Positions 20,022 to 28,522 of a stretch of 46,526 nucleotides of DNA are shown here, in pieces. The DNA lies in the NCBI GenBank assembly GCA_043801595.1, contig JAZDLW010000005.1, forward strand, positions 1 to 46,526. Direction: 5' to 3'. A program made the translations under genes and the position numbers. The stretch is from Candidatus Aenigmatarchaeota archaeon. Its GTDB lineage: Archaea > Aenigmatarchaeota > Aenigmatarchaeia > JACPZZ01. The notes beneath the pieces were generated by a model. It was not told where the DNA came from, did no database searches, and was given only the letters and a program-made list of their open reading frames with translations. The number at the start of each line of letters is the position of its first letter. Positions within the stretch are counted from its first letter, which is position 1.

Positions 20022-20768
20022 TCATCTCCTGCAAACCGCGATAATTTTATACCCGAACATATTTATCAATGGTACTTTCTCCAAAATCCTTTCTAGGTGT
20101 GCCAGCTTTCCGCTCGGAAGGAATCTGAACGTGGAAACTGTGACCGAAGAGAAGCCCGCGTCCTTGAACGCACGCCTGACCGAAAACGGGGTAAGCATCC
20201 TCTCGTTGGCAGATGTTCTCCCATTTTTTTCCTCCATTTTATGCAAATAATACCCCAATGGATTTATAGCATTGGGTTCTATCACCACCAAGCGACCGCC
20301 CGGTTTTAATATTCGCTTAAGCTCCTTTACAGCAATGTCAGTCGAAATCAGGTGATGCAACGATGCAAGAATAAAAACAAAGTCGGCAAAACCGTCCCGT
20401 ATTTTTATTTTATTTACATCGCCGGCAAAGAACCTCGCCTTGTTAAACCCGCTTTCCTTGAAAAGTTCCCTTGTGTAACCGACGATGCAAGGCGAGATAT
20501 CGAACCCCGTGATATTTTTATATCCCTTTTTATACAGCAGAAAAGAAAGGAAAGCCGTGCCGCACATCGCGTCAACTATCACACTGTCCTTTTTTATCAT
20601 CGGTCTTATACGCTCAAAATATAAATTGGAATTCCTGTAATCGTTTAACCGCCTTATCTTTTCAATCTCTGCCCGGATTTCACCTTTCATACGAGATTGA
20701 AATCTAATTTCGATTTTTCTATCCTGCAATTTGGCCGTTTTTTTCACTCTCCAATTCGTTCTTTTCAA
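20022..20768 (-). CDS. Class I SAM-dependent methyltransferase (start uncertain: TTG 20768 or ATG 20690)
   Basis: VDAMCGTA, G.DIS, GD, SLHHL, RILKPGGRLVVIEPN. Confidence 0.85.
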   Translation of the reverse strand: MKRTNWRVKKTAKLQDRKIEIRFQSRMKGEIRAEIEKIRRLNDYRNSNLYFERIRPMIKKDSVIVDAMCGTAFLSFLLYKKGYKNITGFDISPCIVGYTRELFKESGFNKARFFAGDVNKIKIRDGFADFVFILASLHHLISTDIAVKELKRILKPGGRLVVIEPNAINPLGYYLHKMEEKNGRTSANERMLTPFSVRRAFKDAGFSSVTVSTFRFLPSGKLAHLERILEKVPLINMFGYKIIAVCRR

Positions 20769-20834
20769 AAAGGTTTCAGGGACGTTTTTATTTCGTCTAT
20801 ATCCCGTTGTATCGCGTACATAATTTACCTATAT
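20766..20834. repeat. 69-bp direct repeat, copy 1 (duplicate of the 5' end and immediate upstream bases of the 22995..24023 gene)
   Basis: Identical to 23968..24036 except one base (20813 C vs 24015 T). Confidence 0.95.
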
Positions 20835-20837
20835 GTG

Positions 20838-20966
20838 ACAAGGATGTTTATAAAAAGCGGGGACCCTGCGGTTTTGCTCTTTCCGGCATCCGATTTTATT
20901 GGGGGGATGTTCTTCCTCGCTGGAAGGTTTGAATTTGTTGCCGGAAGAACTCGCACCAGCAGATAA
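20838..20966 (+). pseudogene. C-terminal remnant of a GT2 glycosyltransferase paralog
   Basis: IKSGDPAVLLFPASDFIGGMFFLAG aligns without gaps to IKFRDPVALLIPVYDTVRTIAYIEG at the end of 16917..17729. Confidence 0.5.
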
Positions 20967-20974
20967 CATACGCA

Positions 20975-21937
20975 TTAAAATTTAATGTTTTTACGATACC
21001 ATGATATTGTTCTTTTCAGTCCTTCTTCCAGCGTCGTCTTCGGCGTCCATCCGATCTTTTCCTTGATATGCTTGACTCCAGCTCTCAGCGCGACAAGATC
21101 ACCTAGCCGCGGTTCCGAATGCGTCACTGCTGATTTCGAGCCTGTCATGGATATTATTTTTTCCGCCAAATCGGATATGGAAGTGTCCTTTCCCGTTCCT
21201 ATGTTAAAAACTTCGCCCTTTGAATCGCCCATATTATCCATGACCGTTTTGTAGGCGTTAACGGCATCGCCGACATACATGAAATCGCGCGTCTGTTTCC
21301 CGTCGCCTTCGATTATTAGCGGTTTGTTCTCCAGCGCGCGGTGTATGAATGCGGGTATTACTGCAGGATAACCGCGCAGGTTCTGGTTCTCACCGTATGT
21401 GTTGAAGTTTCTTATTATCGTTACAGGGTATTTGTACCATTCCCACATTGACATGCAATGTTTCTCGCACGCAAGCTTGGTGACGGCATAGGTACTTCTC
21501 GGGTTTAACGGATGATTCTCATCCATGGGCAGATATCTCGGATTTCCGTAAACCTCCGTAGAAGAGGCGTATATCAACAACGGCTGTGACGACGAAGCGA
21601 GCAGGTTTTGCGTGAGCGCAAACGTGCCTTTCTCGTTGTTGTTAAAATATTTCCATGGATCAGCCATAGATTCGGGTATCGAAATCGATGCTGCAAGATG
21701 GACAACAACGTCCGGGTCGAAATCGTCGATAATTTTTTTGTCGAGCTGGGCGTAATCAATGTTCGTCCTTTGCAGCTTGGCATCAGTTTCTTTTGATTTT
21801 ATGAACGGGTCCTCTGCCGCAAAGCTTCGGGAAAAATTGTCTATCCCCATGACTTTGTCGACGTTTCTGTCATTGCACATAAGATCGACAAGATGTATTC
21901 CATACAGGCCCGCCGCGCCTGTTACTATTATCCTCAC
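20975..21937 (-). CDS. NAD-dependent nucleotide-sugar epimerase/dehydratase
   Basis: TGAAGLYG, HLAA.ISIPES, SS.EVYG, YAVTK, TRDFMYV.D. GTG start at 21937 overlaps the upstream stop (GTGA). Confidence 0.9.
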   Translation of the reverse strand: MRIIVTGAAGLYGIHLVDLMCNDRNVDKVMGIDNFSRSFAAEDPFIKSKETDAKLQRTNIDYAQLDKKIIDDFDPDVVVHLAASISIPESMADPWKYFNNNEKGTFALTQNLLASSSQPLLIYASSTEVYGNPRYLPMDENHPLNPRSTYAVTKLACEKHCMSMWEWYKYPVTIIRNFNTYGENQNLRGYPAVIPAFIHRALENKPLIIEGDGKQTRDFMYVGDAVNAYKTVMDNMGDSKGEVFNIGTGKDTSISDLAEKIISMTGSKSAVTHSEPRLGDLVALRAGVKHIKEKIGWTPKTTLEEGLKRTISWYRKNIKF

Positions 21938-22965
21938 GCGCTGTTCGACTCCCATTTTATCTGTCTTCTGATGCCTTCTTCCTTTGTGACCTTTGGTGCC
22001 CATCCGAAACATTTTTTTGCCTTGCTCGAATCGCTTATGTAAATGCGCTGGTCTGCGAGCCGCCAGTCGCTGAATGTGTAGTTCGCTTTTTTTCCTGTTT
22101 CTTTTTGTACAAAATCAATAAGTTCGAGCAGCGATATCGAATTATTGTATCCGCCCCCCATGTTAAACACCTGGCCTTTTGTGTCTTTTATTTTCTCAGT
22201 AGCAGTAATAATCGCATTGACAACATCGCTCACGTGAAGTATGTCCCTGACCTGTTTTCCGTCGCCGTATATTGTGATTTTTTTGTCCTGCAATATCCTT
22301 CTCACAATCCAGCTTATCCAACCCTGGTCTTCCAGCGATTTTTGCATTTCACCGTACATGCACGAACATCGGAAAACTATTGATTTCGTTCCGTACGTGC
22401 GGGCACAATCGAGGAAATACGAATCCGCCAAATATTTGGAGCATCCGTACGGGCTCTCCGGGTCTATTGGATAATCTTCCGCTATCCCATTTCTGTACTT
22501 CTTGTCTGCAAACTCGTACCGCGTCTTTTTCTCCTCAAGTTTGATGTGCGCCATGTTGCCGTAAACCTTGTTCGTGGACGTGTAAAATAAGACCGCGTCA
22601 TCGGCAGCCTGTCTGGCTGCTTCTATTACGTTGAAAGAGCCGATCGCGTTTGTATCGAAGTCGTGCCTCGGATCCGTTATCGACGTAGTGACAGCTGTCT
22701 GCGCTGCCAAGTGGTAGATCGCGTCAGCGCCTGCAAATGCCTTTTTGAGGCTGTCAAAATCAGTAACGGATTTTTGTATAAACTCGAATTTTTTATTTTT
22801 TACTTTGTCCGCGAACTTTTTCCTGATGTATTCCAGGTTTTCAATAACCTTTCCGCCTGGTCTACTCAAGTCGTCGACCACTCGCACTTCATGACCGTCG
22901 GAAAGGAGCCTTTCAACGATATTTGTTCCGACGAATCCCGCACCGCCTGTAACAACAAACAACAT
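21934..22965 (-). CDS. CDP-paratose 2-epimerase (RfbE/Tyv)-like extended SDR
   Basis: AAQTAVTTS..DPR.DF..N..G..N, STNKVYG, SPYGCSK, SCMYG..Q...EDQGW, GDGKQVRD.LH..D, WR..DQ. ATG at 22965 preferred. Confidence 0.85.
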   Translation of the reverse strand: MLFVVTGGAGFVGTNIVERLLSDGHEVRVVDDLSRPGGKVIENLEYIRKKFADKVKNKKFEFIQKSVTDFDSLKKAFAGADAIYHLAAQTAVTTSITDPRHDFDTNAIGSFNVIEAARQAADDAVLFYTSTNKVYGNMAHIKLEEKKTRYEFADKKYRNGIAEDYPIDPESPYGCSKYLADSYFLDCARTYGTKSIVFRCSCMYGEMQKSLEDQGWISWIVRRILQDKKITIYGDGKQVRDILHVSDVVNAIITATEKIKDTKGQVFNMGGGYNNSISLLELIDFVQKETGKKANYTFSDWRLADQRIYISDSSKAKKCFGWAPKVTKEEGIRRQIKWESNSA

Positions 22966-22994
22966 TTGATCACTACTTATTTGTCCGGAAATTA

Positions 22995-24023
22995 TTAAAT
23001 AACTTCCCGCATCCATTCCGCGGTCCGTTTCAAGCCTTCATCCAAGCTGATTGTTGGCGTCCAACCCAGCAATTTCTTCGCTTTCTTCGTATCTGGTCGA
23101 CGCCTTCTCGGGTCGTCCTTGAGGTCGTACGCCGGTTCCGAATGAACGATTTTCGAAGACGAATTTGTGGTCTTTAACACTTTGCCGATAAGCTCCGCGA
23201 TAGTTATCTCGGATTCGTTGCCGATGTTAACAACGTCACCGTCGATATCTGGCGTGAGAAGCAATTTAACAAGCCCCGCGATCTGGTCTGTCACATAACA
23301 GAACGAACGTGTCTGCGAACCGTCTCCGTACATGCTTATCGGTTCATTGCGAAGCGCCTGATAAACGAATTTTACAAGAGCGCGTCCGTAACCGCCCGGG
23401 CTTTTCGCGTCAAGTCTCGGACCATACGTGTTGAAAATGCGCGCTATCCTCACGGGTACGTTTTTTTGTTTCCAGTACGAATAACAGTAAGCTTCGGCGC
23501 AGCGTTTGCTCTCATCGTACATGGATCTTGGACCGTAGGAATTCACATAACCGTAATACGTTTCCGGCGTCGGAACCATGTTGTCTGGCGGATTACCGTA
23601 AACTTCGCTCGTGCTTGTAAAAAGGAAGCCTTTCGACGACACTGCTAATTCTAACATTCGCTTCGTCCCTATAACACCCGCGTCAAGTGTCTCTATTGGA
23701 ATTTTCTGGTACAAAGGAGGCGAAGCGACGCTCGCCATATGAATGACGTAGTCGAATTTTTCATTTGTTTCAAACGTTGTTATATCGGCGCGCAGCAGCC
23801 GGAAATTTTTATTGTCTTTAAGATGTTCGATGTTTTTTGGAAAACCCGACGCCATATTATCCACGCACGTTACGTGGCCGCCCATCGAAAGGAGCGCATC
23901 GCACATCCAGCTTCCCAAAAAACCCGCCCCGCCTGTTATCAGGAAACGCTGTCCTTCGATGTTCTTCCAAAAAGGTTTCAGGGACGTTTTTATTTCGTCT
24001 ATATCCCGTTGTATTGCGTACAT
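22995..24023 (-). CDS. UDP-glucuronate decarboxylase (UDP-xylose synthase)-like SDR
   Basis: ASVASP..Y...P.ETL, STSEVYG.P, E.YYG.VN..GPRS.YDE.KR, RIFNTYGPR, QTRSFCYV.D, DDP.RRRPD. Confidence 0.88.
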   Translation of the reverse strand: MYAIQRDIDEIKTSLKPFWKNIEGQRFLITGGAGFLGSWMCDALLSMGGHVTCVDNMASGFPKNIEHLKDNKNFRLLRADITTFETNEKFDYVIHMASVASPPLYQKIPIETLDAGVIGTKRMLELAVSSKGFLFTSTSEVYGNPPDNMVPTPETYYGYVNSYGPRSMYDESKRCAEAYCYSYWKQKNVPVRIARIFNTYGPRLDAKSPGGYGRALVKFVYQALRNEPISMYGDGSQTRSFCYVTDQIAGLVKLLLTPDIDGDVVNIGNESEITIAELIGKVLKTTNSSSKIVHSEPAYDLKDDPRRRRPDTKKAKKLLGWTPTISLDEGLKRTAEWMREVI

Positions 24024-24036
24024 AATTTACCTATAT
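23968..24036. repeat. 69-bp direct repeat, copy 2
   Basis: 68/69 identical to 20766..20834; offset 3202 bp. Confidence 0.95.
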
Positions 24037-24079
24037 ATAAGTGACGATTTATAACTATATTTTCAGTTTGGTCGGTATC

Positions 24080-25456
24080 ATGAACGTACTTGACATGGAA
24101 AGGAACGATGTCCCAGCCGCGATAAAGAACGGAAAAATAACGCTTTGTGTGGTCGGCGGCGGTTACGTCGGACTGCCGTTTGCAGCTTTATACGCAGACC
24201 TTGGCGCAAAAGTTTTTGTGTGCAACCGCGACGTTAAAAAGGTAGAGATGACGAATGCCGGAAAAACGTACATACATGAAGTAGGGCTCGACGAACTGGT
24301 AAAGAGCGCGGTTTCCAAGGGAAATTTGACAGCAACAACCGACGTATCGGACGCTGTATCGAAAAGCGATATAATTTTTATCACAGTAGGGACGCCTATT
24401 AAGGAAGACGGGTTTCTTGATGATTCGCAGGTTAAAGACGTTGCCCGAACAATCGGGATGTCTATGAAAAAAGGTTCTTTAATCGTTTTAAGAAGCACTG
24501 TAAATCCTGGCACAACAGAAGATGTTCTTCTTCCGGTCCTCGAAGAAAGTTCCGGGATGAAACTGAACGAATTCGGTTTGGCCGATGCGCCAGAGCGGTT
24601 ACAGGAAGGAAAAGCGTTGGAAGGTTTGAAAAACGAGGCTACTGTAGTCGGCGGTTACAAATTCCATAAAAAAAGCGCGGAAATAACAGCCGGCGTTTTT
24701 GACATCCTACACGTCCCTATATCCATCGTTGCTGATCCTACGACATCCGAGTTTTCAAAGTTTGTCTGGAATTATCTGCTTGACGCCGCGATATCGAACG
24801 CCCAGATCATAGCGCAATTGTGCGAGAAACTGGGCATCGACTTCATGGAAGTCCGCGAGACCGCGAATCTCGACCCGCGTATCAGGATGATGGTATGCGG
24901 CCCCGGCTCCGGCGGCTCTTGTTTCCCGAAAGACGTCACCGCAATGTTCGCACTCGCGAAGAAAATGGGAATAGAAAATAATTCTTTGAAGTCTTTGGAG
25001 CTTGTGCGTGTTATCAACGGCCGTGTAATGGCCGAACATGTTGTCGGCCTCGTTGAAGAGGCGCTCTCGGATAAAAATTTGAAAATTTCCGAATCAAGCA
25101 TAGGCATTCTTGGCATAGCGTTTAAAGGCGAAACCGACGACACACGCGAATCGCCTGCGCTGAAAGTGATGGAAATGCTCGGGAAAAAATGCAAACGCAT
25201 AGACGCGTACGATCCGTATGTGAAAATCGTGAAAAATATGGACAACATTAACATCGCAAAAAGCTGGCAGGATGCTGTGAAAGGCAAAGATTGTTGCGTT
25301 ATCCTTACCGAGCACCGCGAATTCGGTAAAATCAAACCCGGCGAGCTCGCATCATTGATGAAAACAAAATGCTTGGTTGATGCAAGGCATATCATCGAGC
25401 CTGATACTGCAAGAAAGCTGTTCTCATATCGCGGCGTCGGGCGCGGCGCGAGGTGA
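24080..25456 (+). CDS. UDP-glucose/GDP-mannose/UDP-GlcNAc 6-dehydrogenase family
   Basis: GGGYVGLP, VGTP, RSTV.PGTT, PER, GGSCFPKD, G.AFK..TDD.RESP. Confidence 0.92.
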   Translation: MNVLDMERNDVPAAIKNGKITLCVVGGGYVGLPFAALYADLGAKVFVCNRDVKKVEMTNAGKTYIHEVGLDELVKSAVSKGNLTATTDVSDAVSKSDIIFITVGTPIKEDGFLDDSQVKDVARTIGMSMKKGSLIVLRSTVNPGTTEDVLLPVLEESSGMKLNEFGLADAPERLQEGKALEGLKNEATVVGGYKFHKKSAEITAGVFDILHVPISIVADPTTSEFSKFVWNYLLDAAISNAQIIAQLCEKLGIDFMEVRETANLDPRIRMMVCGPGSGGSCFPKDVTAMFALAKKMGIENNSLKSLELVRVINGRVMAEHVVGLVEEALSDKNLKISESSIGILGIAFKGETDDTRESPALKVMEMLGKKCKRIDAYDPYVKIVKNMDNINIAKSWQDAVKGKDCCVILTEHREFGKIKPGELASLMKTKCLVDARHIIEPDTARKLFSYRGVGRGAR

Positions 25457-25460
25457 TTTG

Positions 25461-25910
25461 TTGAAAATCGCCATTTCATCGTCTGCGGGCGGCCACCTCA
25501 CGGAAATATTGCAGATTCGTGGAGCCTACGACAAATACGATAAATTCTTCATAACAGTGAAACGTAAGGATACCGAAGATCTTGCAAACGCTGAAAGGGT
25601 TTACTTTGTCAAAGACACGGGAAGGAGCGTAATCGGACTGTTAAAAAATATCGTGCAATCGTTCAGGATAATAAGCTCTGAAAAACCGGATGTGGTTATC
25701 ACAACAGGCGCCGGCGCCGCGATCCCGTCGTGCATAATCGCAAAGTTGCTAGGAGCAAAACTCGTTTACATCGAAAGTTATTGCCGCGTAAAGAGCAAGT
25801 CGATATCCGGAATATTGTTGTACCCGTTCGCCGACGTCTTCCTTGTGCAATGGGAATCAATGACAGCGAAATATGGAAAAAAAGCGCAATATTGGGGTGG
25901 GGTATTTTGA
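25461..25910 (+). CDS. Alg14/PssD/Cps14F-like glycosyltransferase subunit
   Basis: SSAGGHL, PDVVITTGAG.A.P, YIES..R, VQWE. GAGGTGA RBS precedes TTG 25461. Confidence 0.88.
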   Translation: MKIAISSSAGGHLTEILQIRGAYDKYDKFFITVKRKDTEDLANAERVYFVKDTGRSVIGLLKNIVQSFRIISSEKPDVVITTGAGAAIPSCIIAKLLGAKLVYIESYCRVKSKSISGILLYPFADVFLVQWESMTAKYGKKAQYWGGVF

Positions 25911-26389
25911 TTTTCGTTACTGTGGGCACCCATCAACATCCGTTTGACAGGCTCGTAAAAGAGATCGACAAACTCGTCGGAGCAGGCGTGATAACTGAAA
26001 AAGTGTTCATGCAGACCGGTAACTCGGATTACGCGCCGAAAAATTGCGAGTTCGAAAAATTCGTCGGGTCGGATAAATTTGAAAGGCTGTACGCGGAAGC
26101 GGACACGATAATATGTCACGCTGGTGCAGGCAGCATAATAAACGCGCTGAAAAACAGGAAGCATCTCATTATAGTTCCGCGACTGAAGAAACTCAACGAA
26201 CATAATGACGACCACCAGCTCGACCTTGCCAAAGCAATGGAATTGGAAGGCAAGGCTGTGTGCGTTTACGACGTGGAAAATCTGCCGGACGCGATAAAAA
26301 CGGCTTCGAACTCAACAACACCGAGCATGAGCAATGTTCTTGAGAAGCGTCTTGGCAGTTATCTTGATTCATTGGAAGGGGAAAAATGA
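25907..26389 (+). CDS. Alg13/PssE/Cps14G-like glycosyltransferase subunit (GT28 C-terminal)
   Basis: IFVTVGT...FDRL, Q.G, HAG.GS, PR....EH.DDHQ..LA. TTG start overlaps the upstream stop. Confidence 0.9.
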   Translation: MIFVTVGTHQHPFDRLVKEIDKLVGAGVITEKVFMQTGNSDYAPKNCEFEKFVGSDKFERLYAEADTIICHAGAGSIINALKNRKHLIIVPRLKKLNEHNDDHQLDLAKAMELEGKAVCVYDVENLPDAIKTASNSTTPSMSNVLEKRLGSYLDSLEGEK

Positions 26390-27495
26390 GGATAGTTCAC
26401 ATAACCAAATATTTTGGTGGCATTGGCGGCGTGGAAACGTATACAAAGTCGATAGCCGAAGCCGCGCGCGACAAAGGCAACGAAGTCACGATCATCTGCG
26501 CATCGGAAAAAAACGTGCGGAAAGAAAAAACTGAAAACGGAATAAAAATAATTTACTTGCCAGAGATTACGCGCATTATGAACGCGCCGATCACAAAGCA
26601 AATAGTAACGGAATTGGCAAGGATAAAACCCGATATTATACACCTGCATATTCCGAACCCGTGGGGCGAAGTTAACGCCTTTCTATACAAAATTGTGAAC
26701 CCGAAAGTGAAGATCATCGCAACGTATCATTCCGACGTTGTCGGGTACAGTCTGTTGATGAAAACGCTGTCGTTTCTCCGTACTTTGTATCTTGTGCCTT
26801 CGCTGAGCCTGTTTTGCAGCCGCGTAATTGCTACAAGCGACAATTATATATCTGGCTCTTTGGCACTTAGAATGGTGGGAAAAAAGGTTGTAGTGATACC
26901 TCTCGGCGTAGACACGTCGAAATTCTCGCCTGCGCAGAAAAGCGGTGGGAAATTTTGTTTTCTCTTTGTCGGCCGCCTGATACCGTACAAAGGTTTGGAG
27001 TATTTGATAAAAGCCGCGGGTATACTTAAACTAAGCGATAAAAAATTCACAATAAAAATCGTCGGCGACGGAAAACTCCGCAAAAATTTGGAAAAACTTG
27101 CCAGATTGTTAAACGTATCGGATGTTGTGAAGTTCACGGGCAGCGTGGGCAACAAAGATCTTCCGGGCGTTTATAGGAATTGCGACGCGTTCGTTCTGCC
27201 TTCGGTCTACAAGACCGAAGCTTTCGGAATATCCCAACTTGAAGCCATGGCTTCGGGAAAGCCTGTGATATCAACGAACATCAGGGGCAGCGGAGTAAGC
27301 TTTGTTAACAAAGATGGCGTTACGGGCTTCGTCGTTCGCCCGAAGGACGAGATAGCGCTCGCGAACGCGATGATGAAACTTTTTGACAATAAAAAATTGC
27401 GGATATTTATGGGAAAAAACGCGAGAAAGCGCGCGGTAAAAGTATTTGACGGAAAAATAGCTGCAACACGCACTTTGCGCATCTACGATTCATAG
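26386..27495 (+). CDS. GT4 glycosyltransferase
   Basis: GGVE, H.PNP, FVGRL.PYKG, EAFGI.QLEAMA.GKP. Confidence 0.92.
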   Translation: MRIVHITKYFGGIGGVETYTKSIAEAARDKGNEVTIICASEKNVRKEKTENGIKIIYLPEITRIMNAPITKQIVTELARIKPDIIHLHIPNPWGEVNAFLYKIVNPKVKIIATYHSDVVGYSLLMKTLSFLRTLYLVPSLSLFCSRVIATSDNYISGSLALRMVGKKVVVIPLGVDTSKFSPAQKSGGKFCFLFVGRLIPYKGLEYLIKAAGILKLSDKKFTIKIVGDGKLRKNLEKLARLLNVSDVVKFTGSVGNKDLPGVYRNCDAFVLPSVYKTEAFGISQLEAMASGKPVISTNIRGSGVSFVNKDGVTGFVVRPKDEIALANAMMKLFDNKKLRIFMGKNARKRAVKVFDGKIAATRTLRIYDS

Positions 27496-27509
27496 GAAAC
27501 AGTTGTTTC

Positions 27510-28499
27510 CTATGCACGGAAAGCCTTGCTTTCCGTTGTGTGATATCCGATAAAACTCGGCGAAGAAATTAGCAGCGCGAACAAAAGGCTGGATATTCTA
27601 TAAAGCAGTATTCCCGATGTTGCTGTTGCTAAGGTCATGTTCGGAACGGCCTGCGTTAAAAAGAAGGCCGCCGATGCTTCAAACGAGCCTATGTTTCCAG
27701 GCAGGAAAGTAAGCAGTCCTATTATCGTCGCCACGCTCGCGATCGATGCTATTACAGTAAACGGAACATTCACGTTTATTGCGAGGAACGAAAGTTTTAT
27801 TATAAGGAACTCCATCACCCACGCAATCAATGTTATGATTATTATGAGCGGCATTTGCCTGCTTTTCGACGCCAGAATGAAACCCGCGTGAAAATTTCCC
27901 GGCAGCTTCTCAAGCTTTTTGCGCAACTTTTTTATGGCCGGAATGAACTTGAACAGGCTGTAAAACCTGTCGAACAGAAATGTCAATAATCGTTTGTTGC
28001 TTGCTGCTACAAAAACCAAAATCAAACCTAAAACGACCAGGCCTATTCCTATGGCAAGAAGCTTGTTTAAGAACGCGACGAGCGTAAAAAGGCCGAATAT
28101 GTAAAACGCTGCCAGCGCAGACATGTCGAGTATCCTTTCCAAAAGAATCGTAGGAAGCGTTTTCGATATCGGATATCCGAGGCTTCTTTTGAAATAATAA
28201 CTTCGCACAGGCTCGCCGACTCTTCCCGGTGTTATGTTGCTGATGAAAAGCGACGCCATGTACGGTTTCGTTATCTCGGCTGCCGTAACCTTTATTCCTA
28301 TGGCATCCAAAAGCAGCCGCCATCTGACAATCTTTATCGCTATTATCGAGACAGTTACGAATAGCGCGCCCGCGACAAAAACTGGGTTTGCGTTTGAAAG
28401 TGTTTTAACTATTGCGCTTGGGTTGGAATTAACTATTAGAACAGCGAGCAACGCGACCGCTGCCAGCGATAATGCGATATTCAACATCCTGTTACGCAC
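27510..28499 (-). CDS. UPF0104 / lysylphosphatidylglycerol-synthase TM domain protein (putative flippase, AglD2-like)
   Basis: RW..LL, N.TPGR.GE..R, ER..D and PG..G..E motifs; alternative ATG at 28487. Confidence 0.85.
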   Translation of the reverse strand: MRNRMLNIALSLAAVALLAVLIVNSNPSAIVKTLSNANPVFVAGALFVTVSIIAIKIVRWRLLLDAIGIKVTAAEITKPYMASLFISNITPGRVGEPVRSYYFKRSLGYPISKTLPTILLERILDMSALAAFYIFGLFTLVAFLNKLLAIGIGLVVLGLILVFVAASNKRLLTFLFDRFYSLFKFIPAIKKLRKKLEKLPGNFHAGFILASKSRQMPLIIIITLIAWVMEFLIIKLSFLAINVNVPFTVIASIASVATIIGLLTFLPGNIGSFEASAAFFLTQAVPNMTLATATSGILLYRISSLLFALLISSPSFIGYHTTESKAFRA

Positions 28500-28522
28500 A
28501 AAAACACTCCGATTATCCGTTG

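Noticed and set aside
20829-20975. ~48-codon minus-strand ORF downstream of the third SDR gene
   Set aside because: No recognisable features; the + strand GT2-tail remnant explains the region better.
20766-24036. Direct repeats considered as IS ends, att sites or CRISPR repeats
   Set aside because: Only two copies, derived from a gene 5' end; no transposase, integrase, cas gene or spacer array in the window.
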